Positions 50,944 to 61,146 are shown, counted from the stretch's first letter. The stretch: 64,000 nt of DNA from Pseudomonadota bacterium (GCA_018262245.1 JAGTRV010000001.1:2019-66018); one strand, 5' to 3'. Notes: generated from the letters alone by a model not told the origin. Numbers and translations: made by a program.

Positions 50944-51995
50944 GACTTGCCTCCCTTCTGGTCATCGTCTTCCGGCACGACATTGCGCTTGGCAACCCAG
51001 GTCAGGCCGGCAAGTACGGCAATCGGCATGATCAGTCCGCCATACAGCGTGTGCTGGATGGTTTCCGAAGTGGCGGCCGAGGATTTCGGCGGCAGGTCGG
51101 GCAGGCCGGCTTTCTGGAAATTGACGGCCGACAGCTTGAGTACCTGCGTGCCGCCGTATTCGGTCTCGCCATAGACGTGCTGCAGGTAGTTGCCGACCTG
51201 GGCCTGATAGCTCTGGTCCGGTTCGTCGCGCCAGCCATGGCGATGCTTCTGGCCCTTGCCATCCTCGCCACCAGCCAGCACCTTCTCCTGGGCGGGGCGC
51301 AGGCGGCCGCGCGGAATCGTCGTCCATTCACCCGGCTTCAGGGCCAGACGACGCTTGGCTTCGGCCAGCAGGTCCTCGGTCCGACCAAACAAGGTCGCGC
51401 CGGTCGGACAAACCTCGGCGCAGGCCGAGTAATGGCCGTCCTTGTGGCGATGCCGGCACAGCTCGCACTTGCCGATCTTGCCGGTCGGCGAATCGTACTG
51501 GTATTTCGGAATACCGAACGGGCAGGCGGCGACGCAGTAACGGCAGCCGATGCAGGCGTCCGGGTCGTAGCCGACGATGCCGGTTTCCGGATTCTTGGTC
51601 ATCGCAGAGACCGGGCAGGCCGAGACGCAGGACGGGTCGGCACAATGCATGCACGAGGTCTTCATGAAGGAGAAGCCGTTCAGCTCACTGTCCTTGGTTT
51701 CCATCGTGCCGTTACGGTACATCTTGATCAGGTTGAAGGTGTGGCCGGTCGTATCGAGCGGCGTATCCCACAACTTGTCCATGGCCGTGAATTCGGCCGG
51801 GTTTTCGTTGACCTGCTTGCAGGCCGCCACGCAGGCCTGGCAGCCGACGCACAGGGTCGCGTCGTAGAGCAGACCAAGGCCTTCCGGCGGGCGTTTCAGG
51901 GTATCGCGGGCGCAGGCTGTCTCGGGCAGCACGGCCGAAGCCGCCGCTGCGCCGCTGGCCAGGCAACCACGCAAAAAATCACGTCTTGTGGTCAT
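50940..51995 (-). CDS. hybA: Tat-exported 4x[4Fe-4S] subunit of hydrogenase-2
   Basis: TRRDFL Tat motif, CVGCQAC, CMHCADPSC, CIGCRYC, CELC; C-terminal TM. Confidence 0.93.
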   Translation of the reverse strand: MTTRRDFLRGCLASGAAAASAVLPETACARDTLKRPPEGLGLLYDATLCVGCQACVAACKQVNENPAEFTAMDKLWDTPLDTTGHTFNLIKMYRNGTMETKDSELNGFSFMKTSCMHCADPSCVSACPVSAMTKNPETGIVGYDPDACIGCRYCVAACPFGIPKYQYDSPTGKIGKCELCRHRHKDGHYSACAEVCPTGATLFGRTEDLLAEAKRRLALKPGEWTTIPRGRLRPAQEKVLAGGEDGKGQKHRHGWRDEPDQSYQAQVGNYLQHVYGETEYGGTQVLKLSAVNFQKAGLPDLPPKSSAATSETIQHTLYGGLIMPIAVLAGLTWVAKRNVVPEDDDQKGGKS

Positions 51996-51996
51996 C

Positions 51997-53181
51997 TCAG
52001 ACCTCCGTTGATTCGGTGGCTTTGCTGCCTTCCTTCTTGGCCTGTTCCATCTCCTCAGCCTTGTGCGACAGGCCGAGGTTCTTGGCGACCATCGCGCCAG
52101 CCCCGGCGGCGGCACCGGCCACGGCGGCCAGCACGGCCGCCGAGCCGAGCGACGCGCCAACGCCCTTTTCTTCGACGATGCGCGGCAGGAAAGCGGAGGG
52201 CTCGATGTTCTTAAGCTTGGCGACGGTATGGATCGGCTTGGTGAAGCCGACCCCCTGCTCGGTACAGCCAATGCATGGATGGCCACAGGCGACCGGCCAG
52301 GTGCCGGCCCCGGCATCGCCGAACATGATCACCGAGCAATTGGCGTAGGTTTCCGGCCCCTTGCAGCCCAGCTTGTACAGGCAATGACCCTTGCGGTGGC
52401 CTTCGTCGCCAAACTCCATGGCGAAGCGGCCGGCGTCGAAGTGGGCGCGACGCTCGCAGTTTTCGTGGATCAGGCGAGAGTAGGCAAATTTTGGCCGCCC
52501 CAAATGATCGACGGCCGGCAACGCGCCGAAGGTCAGGAAGTGCACCACCGTGGACAGGAAGTTGTACGGGTTGGGCGGACAACCGGGAATGGTCACCACC
52601 GGCTTGCCGAGCACCTTGTCCACGCCCTTGGCGCCGGTCGGATTGGGATCGGTCGACGGCATGCCGCCCCACGATGCGCAGGAGCCGATGGCGATCACTG
52701 CCGCCGCGTCAGCCGCGCATTCCGTGAGCAACTCTATCGCCGTCTTGCCGCCAATCTTGCAGTAGATGCCGTTGTCGCGCGTCGGAATGGCGCCCTCGAC
52801 GACCAGGATGTACTTGCCCTTGTTCTCGGCCATCGCCGTCTTGCGGGCGGCTTCGACCTGATGGCCGGCCGCTGCGAACAGCGTCTCGTGATAGTCGAGC
52901 GAAATGACGTCGAGGATCAGTTTTTCCAGCGTCGGGTGCTCGGCCCGCAGGATGGACTCGGTGCACCCGGTGCATTCCTGGAAGTGCAGCCAGATCACGC
53001 TCGGCCGCTTCTTGGTCGCCACCGCCTCGGCCACCGCGGCATCGGCGCCTTGCGGCAGGCCCAGTGTGGTCGCCAGTGCGGCACAGAACTGCAGGAACTC
53101 CCGCCGGTCCATCGACAAACGCGCAGCCGCAGCTTCGATGCGATCGTCCTGTTCCAGCGAAATCAAATTTTGGTTGGCCAT
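51997..53181 (-). CDS. hybO: Hydrogenase-2 small subunit
   Basis: DRREFL Tat motif, QECTGCTES, GCPPNP, HENCERR, CLYKLGCKGP, C-terminal anchor. Confidence 0.93.
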   Translation of the reverse strand: MANQNLISLEQDDRIEAAAARLSMDRREFLQFCAALATTLGLPQGADAAVAEAVATKKRPSVIWLHFQECTGCTESILRAEHPTLEKLILDVISLDYHETLFAAAGHQVEAARKTAMAENKGKYILVVEGAIPTRDNGIYCKIGGKTAIELLTECAADAAAVIAIGSCASWGGMPSTDPNPTGAKGVDKVLGKPVVTIPGCPPNPYNFLSTVVHFLTFGALPAVDHLGRPKFAYSRLIHENCERRAHFDAGRFAMEFGDEGHRKGHCLYKLGCKGPETYANCSVIMFGDAGAGTWPVACGHPCIGCTEQGVGFTKPIHTVAKLKNIEPSAFLPRIVEEKGVGASLGSAAVLAAVAGAAAGAGAMVAKNLGLSHKAEEMEQAKKEGSKATESTEV

Positions 53182-53285
53182 GGATCTCCCCTTTTTTTAA
53201 TTCGATGTCAGTCACCGATGACCGACAAATGCTCTCTGCTGGGGAGGCGGCAAATATTAGAAATTAATTTTATAGAACTCAATCT

Positions 53286-53302
53286 AGCAACAGATGGGCC
53301 AG
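53286..53302 (-). promoter_or_regulatory. Putative sigma54 promoter of hybOABC
   Basis: Minus strand CTGGCCCATCTGTTGCT (GG-N10-GC) in an AT-rich intergenic region. Confidence 0.7.
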
Positions 53303-53480
53303 ATTTCAAAATTCTTTTAATCCAGAGACTTAGAAAAACATTGGATCAGGTAAACCACCAGAAAGCCGATTAATACTTTCCACATGGCCACCCAAACTGA
53401 TCAACTGCTGATCAGACTGACGAACTAGTCATCTAGGGCAAATTCCAAGCCGAAGCATCGAGTCAGCACAGGATCGCGAT

Positions 53481-55052
53481 TCAACTTGCTCGCCGAACGC
53501 TGTCTCGACCATCATCCTTGGCGCGATACATGGCTTCGTCAGCTCTCTTGGTCAACGAGATCTCATCGATGCCGTCATCCGGATAGATGGCGACACCCAA
53601 GCTACACGAAATATCCAATTGACGGCCATCAAGCGCGAAAGGCTGCCGAATGACCTGGCGAATCTTCTCGGCCAGGCTGAGCGCAGCGTCTGATTCAGCC
53701 AATTCCGGCACCAGCACCACGAATTCGTCGCCACCGATTCTGCCCACCGTATCAGACTCACGAACGGTATCCTTCAAGCGTAGCGCCACTTGCTGGAGCA
53801 CGAGATCCCCGATGGCATGACCGTAGTTATCATTGATCGGCTTGAAGTGATCGAGATCGAGAAACACCAGCGCAAACTGTCCATCATGGCGCTTGGCGCG
53901 AGCCAGTTCCTTGTGCAAGCGGTCACTGAACAGGGCCCGGTTTGGCAACCCGGTCAGCGGATCGTGCTGTGCCACATGCCGAAGTTCCTCGGTCATCTCG
54001 GCAGCCATCCGCAGGGCGCGAGCCCGTCCGGTCACCATAAGCCAGGCAAGCAACGCCAGTGCAACGCCCAGGCCGGCGCCGGTAACGGCAATGACTGATG
54101 ACACGTCACGGCCATACCAGGCCTCGAATTCACGTTGCGTACTCAAGCTCAGCGTCCAGGTGTGACCGGCAACCACCATGTATTCGTTGGCGCTGAGCAA
54201 GCTCTCTATGGCGGGCAAACCCTTGTCAGTGGACTCACCGGTTCGATACATGAGCGCCGCCTCAACGGGGTTGGCCTCATCGTAAATAGCCAGTGTGATA
54301 CCCGGAGCCTGTTTGCCATAAAGGCCAGCCATGAATTCATCCATGTAGAACGATGCGTAAACCCAGCCAATGAGGTTGGCTCTGCGCTGGGCAACGCTGT
54401 CGCGCGGCTGGCCGTGGGCAAAAATCGGCAGATACATGATGAAGCCCGGCTGCGCCTCTTGCCGCCTATCGATCGCCAACCTGACCTTGCCGGTGATTGC
54501 CGCCATGCCGGAATCGCGGGCCGCCTCCATGGCCACCCGGCGCGCCGGATCTGCCCACGGGTCAAGGCCAAGGATGGAGTGTTTGCCTCCAGCGTCAGGT
54601 TCACGCTGGATGATCGGGGCATAGACCTCTCTCTCTCCTTCGGGATGAATCGCGTAACCCGTGAAGCCGAGCTGCTGCATCCTTGCCTCATGGGCGGGTT
54701 TGCTCGCCAGAGGAACCTGCTCGATGACGCCAATGACCTGGATCGCCGAAAAATTGGCATCCAGTTGCAAGGTCTCGACGTAATCGCATAAAGCGCGGCG
54801 ATTCGTCAGCGCGGTGGTTGCAAACAAACCCTGGACACCACGCAGCATCTGTTCGTACCCGGCCACACGCTGCTCAACCCGGCTGACCGTTTCGCGCAGC
54901 ACAAAAGCGAATTGGGTACGCAGTTCCTTGCGCGCAAGCTGGCGTTCGTGATCCCAGACCAGCCAGGTCAGAGCGAGCGTGACCACCAGAATCAGCCAGG
55001 GCAGGAATACCGGCAAGCGGGACGCGGAGATCGGCGTGCGTTCGGATGCCAT
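53481..55052 (-). CDS. CHASE-domain diguanylate cyclase
   Basis: TM-CHASE-TM, HDPLTGLPNR, RESD I-site, GGDEF. Confidence 0.9.
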   Translation of the reverse strand: MASERTPISASRLPVFLPWLILVVTLALTWLVWDHERQLARKELRTQFAFVLRETVSRVEQRVAGYEQMLRGVQGLFATTALTNRRALCDYVETLQLDANFSAIQVIGVIEQVPLASKPAHEARMQQLGFTGYAIHPEGEREVYAPIIQREPDAGGKHSILGLDPWADPARRVAMEAARDSGMAAITGKVRLAIDRRQEAQPGFIMYLPIFAHGQPRDSVAQRRANLIGWVYASFYMDEFMAGLYGKQAPGITLAIYDEANPVEAALMYRTGESTDKGLPAIESLLSANEYMVVAGHTWTLSLSTQREFEAWYGRDVSSVIAVTGAGLGVALALLAWLMVTGRARALRMAAEMTEELRHVAQHDPLTGLPNRALFSDRLHKELARAKRHDGQFALVFLDLDHFKPINDNYGHAIGDLVLQQVALRLKDTVRESDTVGRIGGDEFVVLVPELAESDAALSLAEKIRQVIRQPFALDGRQLDISCSLGVAIYPDDGIDEISLTKRADEAMYRAKDDGRDSVRRAS

Positions 55053-55060
55053 CGTGTAAC

Positions 55061-55843
55061 CTAAAATTCAACCATGGCGGCAGCCAGGTCTGGCTTGAAG
55101 TATTTCTCGAAAATACGCCGCATGGTGCCGTCACGACGCATTTCAGTCACCAGCGAACGCCACTTTTCCTGCTCCGCGGTCGGCAGCGCCTTTTTCGACA
55201 TGATCAGGCCGTGTGGAACCGCCGGGTCGTTGAACTCGATGATCGTGCTCAGGTCGCGAATCTGCTTTTCTTCCAGTGACGGATAATCAAAAGGCTCGAT
55301 GATCATCCCCTGAATGTGATTCAGGATCAGCGTCTGGTACAACGGCGCCAGGCCACCGGCCTGACTCAGACGGTTCGTCGCCTGCAGCCGATCGACCAGA
55401 CGATTGGCCGTTTCGCTGTACCGGAAGCCACGAATAACGCCAAGCTGCAATTTTTCGTTCCGCTCGAAATCCGCCCGATTCGACACGCCGGAATCCTTGC
55501 GCACCAACAAATAGTATTTATTGCTGAAATACCAGGCAAAAGCAGCGAACTTGTCGCGTTCTGCATTGTTAATGCCAGACAAGCTGAAATCGAGCGCCCC
55601 GGATTCGATCAACTGCCAGATGCGCGCCCTGGCCATCAGGCTGACGGTCACCTTGCATCCTGAGCGGCGAATCAATTCGTCAGCCACATCCTTGTCGATA
55701 CCGGTGTCGGTGGCGGCAGAATACAGGAGGCCATGATCATGCAGTGCGAGGGTATATGGACGCGAGCAGTCCGGTCCGCTCGCGCTGGCGGTGCCGAGAC
55801 TGCCGAAGACGATCCACAACGCCAAGACACAGCGAATAAGCAT
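55061..55843 (-). CDS. Periplasmic solute-binding protein (family 3-like), no ABC partners
   Basis: Signal peptide, GIDKDVADEL, GALDF, DGTMRRIFEKY. Confidence 0.75.
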   Translation of the reverse strand: MLIRCVLALWIVFGSLGTASASGPDCSRPYTLALHDHGLLYSAATDTGIDKDVADELIRRSGCKVTVSLMARARIWQLIESGALDFSLSGINNAERDKFAAFAWYFSNKYYLLVRKDSGVSNRADFERNEKLQLGVIRGFRYSETANRLVDRLQATNRLSQAGGLAPLYQTLILNHIQGMIIEPFDYPSLEEKQIRDLSTIIEFNDPAVPHGLIMSKKALPTAEQEKWRSLVTEMRRDGTMRRIFEKYFKPDLAAAMVEF

Positions 55844-56029
55844 TGATACCTCTGGTGGGAGGATGACTGAAGCAGGTTTGATCGATGATACCGAATCGGC
55901 GCCAAGTCGTCCGAATATTGCATGCCCGCGCCAGCCGGGATCACCCCGATGCTTCAGAGCACCTTCGCCCGGAGCATCATCGATGCCCGACCGGGAGAAG
56001 CAGCACCCGGATTTTGTCCGGCTCAGCGT

Positions 56030-58321
56030 TCAACCGAGCGCAATCTGGCGCCTTGCCGTCCACGCCTGGCCCAGGGCCAGACCGCCATCATTCGGTGGCG
56101 CTTGCCGGGCTTCGAGCAAGCCAACGCCAGCCACGTCCAGATGCTGACGTAACGCATCCATCAACACGGCATTCATCGCACAACCACCGGCGACGGCAAT
56201 TTTCGAAGCCTTGCCGTGGCCGACAGCACGAATGCTCCATTCGGCCAGTCCTGCCGCTACCGTGGCGTGAAAAAGCGCCGCCCCGTAGGCTGCGTTGTCC
56301 TTGCAGCCCAGCAGCGCCAGCAGCAGCGGCGAGAAATCGAGCACCGCCCCCTGTTCGTGCAAGGCATAGCCGCCGGGCAGCGGCTCAACCGGTCCATGTT
56401 TTGCGGCGAGGCCTTCAAGTTCCATGGCGGCCTGCCCTTCGTACTGCATCAAATCGCGCACGCCGAGCAGACCGGCCGCGGCATCGAACCAGCGGCCGAG
56501 GCTGCTCGTCTGCGGGCAGCGCAGATGGCGGGCAAGCATGGTGAGTAGAGGGCCGGGGTCGCGCGTCGGGTAGTACTGCTTGATCCAGCCACCGACCCGG
56601 TAGCCCAGGCCGGCCCCATGCAGCGCAGCAACGGCCATGCGCCACGGCTCCTTGGCCGCTCGGTCGCCGCCGGGCATGGCCAGTCGGTGGAGGTGGCCGA
56701 GGCGTTCGCAGTTGGCGCCGTCGAGGCGCAGTAGTTCGCCGCCCCAGGCGCCTCCGTCCGGGCCGAGACCGACCCCATCCAGCGCCAGCCCGACGACCGG
56801 ACCGTTGACGCCATGTTCGGCGCAGATCGCGGCAAGATGGGCTTGGTGATGACCGATAGCGACTGCCGGGATAGCGTATTTTTCGGCCAGTTGCAGCGCA
56901 AGATGGGTCGATGGAAAGTCCGGGTGCAGGTCATGCGCGATCAGCTCGGGCTTGACGTCAAGGATGCCGAGCAGATGTTCGATTGTTTCTTCGAGAAAGC
57001 CGATGGCCGCAACGTTGTCCAGGCTGCCGATATGCTGCGACAGGAAGGCTTCGCGGCCTTTCATGACGCAAATGGTGTTCTTCAGGTAGCCGCCCAGCGC
57101 CAGCACGCTCGGGCCATCATCGACCAGGGGAATGGGCACCGGCACGTAGCCACGGGCACGGCGGATGAAAGCTGGAGCGCCCGGCGTCACCCGTAATACG
57201 GAATCATCGCAACGGATGATGATGTCGCGGTTGTGCATCAGATAGGCATCGGCAATGCCGGCCAGCCTGTCCAGTGCTTCGTCGTTGGCGATGACCAGCG
57301 GCTCACCGTGCGGGTTGGCGCTGGTCATGACCAGCAGCAACTCATTCGGCTCGCCCAGCCAACCGCTGCCGCTCGGCCGGCCGGCTGCTTCGTGCCAAAG
57401 CAACAGGTGCAGCGGCGTTGCCGGCAGCATGACACCGAACCAGGCCAGGCCCGGTGCGATGCCCTGAAGTTCGGTCGCGCCCTTGGCACAGAGCACGATC
57501 GGAGCGGCCGTGCTTTGCAGCAGGGCCAACTCTGCCTTGCCGATTCGGGCGTAGTCGGCCAATGCGTCGGCGTTCAGCCCCATCACCGCCAAAGGCTTTT
57601 CCTCGCGCTGCTTGCGTTCACGCAGTTCGGCCACGGCGACGGCATTGCGCGCATCGCAGGCCAGATGGAAGCCGCCCAAGCCCTTGATCGCAACGATTTT
57701 TCCAGCGCGTAACAGGTGCAAGCATGCGGCAATCGGATCGCCATCCAGCGGCAGACCACCGGCATCCAGCAGGCTCAATTGCGGGCCGCAATCCGGGCAA
57801 CAGGTGGTTTCAGCGTGAAAGCGGCGGTCGCTGGGCGTTGTGTATTCGTCATTGCACGGCGCGCAAAGCGGAAAGGCGGCGAGGCTTGTTTGCGCCCGGT
57901 CATAGGGAATACGACGGCTGACCGTGTAGCGCGGACCGCAATGGGTGCAGGTGGTGAAGGCATAGCGCCAGCGGCGGCTGGCCGGATTGCAGATATCGGC
58001 GATGCACTCGGGGCAGATCGCAGCATCGGGACCGATGGCCGTCTGCACCTCGCCGGATTCGCTATCGAGGATGGCAAAACCCTGAGCACTTACTTCAGCG
58101 GCTTCGCTCTCGATGGCGTCGATGCGCGCCAAGCGGGGCGCTTCCTGCGGCAGGCGAGTGACGAAGTCAGCGACCTTTTCGCCGGCAACTGCGGCAATCA
58201 CCCCGGCGCCATCGTTACGCACCCAGCCCGTCAACCCTAGTTCGTTGGCCAGGCGCCAGATATAAGGACGAAAACCGACCCCCTGCACCAGACCACGAAT
58301 ACGGAGCAGGCGGCCGGTCAT
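56030..58321 (-). CDS. hypF: Carbamoyltransferase
   Basis: GLVQGVGFRP, zinc fingers CTHCGPRY, KGLGGFH, HHQAH, PPNDGG. Confidence 0.97.
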   Translation of the reverse strand: MTGRLLRIRGLVQGVGFRPYIWRLANELGLTGWVRNDGAGVIAAVAGEKVADFVTRLPQEAPRLARIDAIESEAAEVSAQGFAILDSESGEVQTAIGPDAAICPECIADICNPASRRWRYAFTTCTHCGPRYTVSRRIPYDRAQTSLAAFPLCAPCNDEYTTPSDRRFHAETTCCPDCGPQLSLLDAGGLPLDGDPIAACLHLLRAGKIVAIKGLGGFHLACDARNAVAVAELRERKQREEKPLAVMGLNADALADYARIGKAELALLQSTAAPIVLCAKGATELQGIAPGLAWFGVMLPATPLHLLLWHEAAGRPSGSGWLGEPNELLLVMTSANPHGEPLVIANDEALDRLAGIADAYLMHNRDIIIRCDDSVLRVTPGAPAFIRRARGYVPVPIPLVDDGPSVLALGGYLKNTICVMKGREAFLSQHIGSLDNVAAIGFLEETIEHLLGILDVKPELIAHDLHPDFPSTHLALQLAEKYAIPAVAIGHHQAHLAAICAEHGVNGPVVGLALDGVGLGPDGGAWGGELLRLDGANCERLGHLHRLAMPGGDRAAKEPWRMAVAALHGAGLGYRVGGWIKQYYPTRDPGPLLTMLARHLRCPQTSSLGRWFDAAAGLLGVRDLMQYEGQAAMELEGLAAKHGPVEPLPGGYALHEQGAVLDFSPLLLALLGCKDNAAYGAALFHATVAAGLAEWSIRAVGHGKASKIAVAGGCAMNAVLMDALRQHLDVAGVGLLEARQAPPNDGGLALGQAWTARRQIALG

Positions 58322-58328
58322 CGGCGGC

Positions 58329-59387
58329 CTACTTGGCCGCCAACTGGCGTTCCAGTTCGGCGACCCGGCGCTTCAGCGCATCGACAGATTCGGAGCGCTT
58401 GGCGCGCTGTGCTTCCAGCCCGGATTGAATCCAGTCCAGCCAGGCGGAAAGGCCGTCGCCACTGGTCGCCGAGACACGGAAGATGGTCAGGTGCGGATTG
58501 ACGCGGCGGGCGTTGGCTTCGGCCAAGTCGGCATCGAATTCCAGGTAGGGCAGCAGGTCGCACTTGTTGAGCAGCATGACGTCAGCCGCCGCGAACATAT
58601 CCGGGTACTTGAGCGGCTTGTCTTCGCCTTCGGTGACCGACAGGATGGCGACCTTGTGATGCTCGCCCAGATCAAAGGCGGCCGGGCAGACGAGGTTACC
58701 GACGTTCTCGATCAGGAACAGCGATTCGTCGGCCGGCTGCAGGCGCTGCATGGCATGGCCGACCATGTGGCCATCGAGATGGCAGCCCTTGCCAGTGTTG
58801 ATCTGCAGGGCCGGCACGCCAGTAGCACGGATACGCTCGGCGTCGTTGGAAGTCTGCTGGTCGCCCTCGACGACGCTGATCGCCACCTTGTCTTTCAGCA
58901 GCTCGATGGTTTTGACCAGCAGCGTGGTCTTGCCGGAGCCGGGGCTGGACACCAGATTCAGCGCGAAGATACCGCGATCATCGAAGGCAGCGCGGTTGGC
59001 TGCGGCATAGGTGTTGTTCTTCGAGAGGATGTCCTGCTCGATCTGCACCATCCTGGCCTGCGACATGCCCGGCACGTGGGCGCGGGCCGGGCCGGTGCCG
59101 TAGTCGAGATCGCCGGCGACGCCATGTTCATGGTGGTGATGCTCTTCGCCGTGCTGATGGGCGTGTTCGCCATCATGGACGTGAGCATGGCTGTGTTCGC
59201 TGCCGTCGCTATGGTGATGGGTATGCGAATGCACGCCGAGCGGTGCATCCTCGTGGCCGTGATCGTGGTCATGCCCGTGCTCGTGCGTGTGGGTATGCAC
59301 CGTGCCGTCTTCATGCACATGGGTGTGCTCATGCGCCCCACCCTCGATCTTCGCTTCTCCTACGCCGCAGCCACAAACCGTACACAT
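58329..59387 (-). CDS. hypB: Nickel-insertion GTPase with His-rich N-terminus
   Basis: [33 protein letters not shown]. Confidence 0.97.
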   Translation of the reverse strand: MCTVCGCGVGEAKIEGGAHEHTHVHEDGTVHTHTHEHGHDHDHGHEDAPLGVHSHTHHHSDGSEHSHAHVHDGEHAHQHGEEHHHHEHGVAGDLDYGTGPARAHVPGMSQARMVQIEQDILSKNNTYAAANRAAFDDRGIFALNLVSSPGSGKTTLLVKTIELLKDKVAISVVEGDQQTSNDAERIRATGVPALQINTGKGCHLDGHMVGHAMQRLQPADESLFLIENVGNLVCPAAFDLGEHHKVAILSVTEGEDKPLKYPDMFAAADVMLLNKCDLLPYLEFDADLAEANARRVNPHLTIFRVSATSGDGLSAWLDWIQSGLEAQRAKRSESVDALKRRVAELERQLAAK

Positions 59388-59400
59388 ATCCGTCTCCTGA

Positions 59401-59742
59401 TTATTCGATCTCTATTTCCTTGACCCGCATTTCCGTGCCACCAGTCGGCTGTACCTGATGGCTGCCGCATGTCGGGCAGGCCCCGTAAAGCTCGGTCATC
59501 GGGACCGTTTCAGCACATTGCATGCACCAGCCAGCGCCCGGCACGGCAATAATCTCCAGCGCCGCGCCCTGCGCGATACTGCCATGAGTCACCGCTTCGA
59601 AGCAGAATTTGATCGCCTCCGGTTCCACCGACGACAGACGACCGATTTCCAGCACGACCAGCTTCACCCGGCTGGCGCTTTCGCGGCGGGCCGTGTCTTC
59701 AACCAGTTGCAGCACACCTTCGGCCAGCGACATCTCATGCAT
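59401..59742 (-). CDS. hypA: Nickel metallochaperone
   Basis: MHEMS, CMQC, CPTCGS. Confidence 0.96.
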   Translation of the reverse strand: MHEMSLAEGVLQLVEDTARRESASRVKLVVLEIGRLSSVEPEAIKFCFEAVTHGSIAQGAALEIIAVPGAGWCMQCAETVPMTELYGACPTCGSHQVQPTGGTEMRVKEIEIE

Positions 59743-60661
59743 CACGCAACTCCACAACATAGGGCAGGCAGGGATCAAGTGCCAGTATGGCCTGATTCAG
59801 CACCTGTTTTGCTTGATCCAGAGAAGCAAATCGGCAATTTTCCAGCAGCGATGACAGCGCCCCGGCATCGGCAAAGAACCCATCGGTCGGTGCCTGAACG
59901 CGATAATTGGCCACCTTGCCATCGACGACATGCACGGCGTGGGTCAGTACACCGCGCGCCGTCAGGGTTTGCGCTACGCCCCAGCCATCACCGCCGGCGC
60001 TGGCAATCGGAAACGGGGTGTGATCGGCCAGCGCCCGGGCGGCGGCCTCAAGCTCGGCCAGTCGGGCCTGAAAAACCGAGCGAATCGAGACCGGCCGGGG
60101 AAGGCCCGGCATCTCCGAGGCGACACCTTGCCAATAGGCGAGCCATGGTCCAGGCGCCAGCACGGCAGTTGCGGAGAGACCGGGCCCGGCCGACTCCGGC
60201 GCCACTTCTTCCGTCGTCCGGCCAACGAGGTTTTCAAGGCATTTATCGGCCAGTGGCCGCAAGGTTTCACGCAGGAGTTTTTGCGTTGTTTCCAGAAAAC
60301 CATCGCTCTGCCGTGCGTTCCGCCAGGCAATGAAAGCCGCCTTTTCCGCATGCAGACCAAGGGCAGGCGGCCAATCGAGCAGCAGGCGCCAGAGATTTTC
60401 GTGCAGCACCTCGACCCACAATTCCGCCGAATCGCTGGCTCTCGGCAGCTCATTCTGGGCGGCCGCCACCGCTGCCTGAGCGGCAGCCCGCTGGGCATGG
60501 GCACAAAGGGTGAACAAATAGGGCACCGTCTTGACCACGGCATCGGGCAACTGGCCGATGAACAGGCGCGTCACCGAGGGACGTTTCAGAATGACCTCAA
60601 TATCCTGCAGGCGCCCATGCTGAAGCTGCGCCCGAACCGTCAGCAGACCAGCGCTGTTCAT
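59735..60661 (-). CDS. hupK: HupK/HoxV hydrogenase accessory protein
   Basis: LFTLCAHAQ, TARGVLTH, APTD, LDPCL. Confidence 0.8.
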   Translation of the reverse strand: MNSAGLLTVRAQLQHGRLQDIEVILKRPSVTRLFIGQLPDAVVKTVPYLFTLCAHAQRAAAQAAVAAAQNELPRASDSAELWVEVLHENLWRLLLDWPPALGLHAEKAAFIAWRNARQSDGFLETTQKLLRETLRPLADKCLENLVGRTTEEVAPESAGPGLSATAVLAPGPWLAYWQGVASEMPGLPRPVSIRSVFQARLAELEAAARALADHTPFPIASAGGDGWGVAQTLTARGVLTHAVHVVDGKVANYRVQAPTDGFFADAGALSSLLENCRFASLDQAKQVLNQAILALDPCLPYVVELRDA

Positions 60662-61146
60662 CGACCCAGCCCCAGAAAAGCACGACGACTGGCAGGCTTG
60701 GCAGCTGCGTCAGGCGCCACCAGCGGCTCGCCAAACAGGGCATGGACGGCAGCCAGCGCAGTCAGGCGGGCCGCCTCGTGACTCTCGAATTCCAGCGCCG
60801 GCGAGAACAGCGAGCAGAGATGATAGTTGCCGATGCTGGCCTCCTCAGCCACTGTGAATTCGTAGTCGCCGGACGGGAAATGCCAGTCGTGCTTGCTACA
60901 CGCCGCCAACACCGGCCAGCCATCGACCTGAGCGGGAAGGCAGAGCAGGTTGAGCGCCCACGGCGTGATCATCGCCCCCGCCCAGTGGCCATCGGCAGTC
61001 CGCTGAAAACCGACTGCCTCGACCTGCAGTTTCCCGTTGCAGATCGGCACATCGTGCATTCGGGTCCGGGCGATATTCTCGAAAACAGCAACCAGTTCTG
61101 GCGACGGATCGGTCGTCCAGACTTTCATTCGCCCGCCCTCATTCAT
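60658..61146 (-). CDS. hoxT: HoxT/HupJ (HybE-like) chaperone
   Basis: MHDVPICN, ITPWALNL, CSLFSP, SRRAFL. Confidence 0.8.
   Translation of the reverse strand: MNEGGRMKVWTTDPSPELVAVFENIARTRMHDVPICNGKLQVEAVGFQRTADGHWAGAMITPWALNLLCLPAQVDGWPVLAACSKHDWHFPSGDYEFTVAEEASIGNYHLCSLFSPALEFESHEAARLTALAAVHALFGEPLVAPDAAAKPASRRAFLGLGR

Noticed and set aside
44201-52316. Long ORF-track starts for hypE (45460), hypC-like (48012) and hybA (52316); also accB, tolC, hypA, hupD
   Set aside because: Extensions overlap upstream genes; downstream ATGs match family N-termini
53341-53354. FNR box upstream of hybO
   Set aside because: TTGGA-N4-GTAAA is too far from TTGAT-N4-ATCAA
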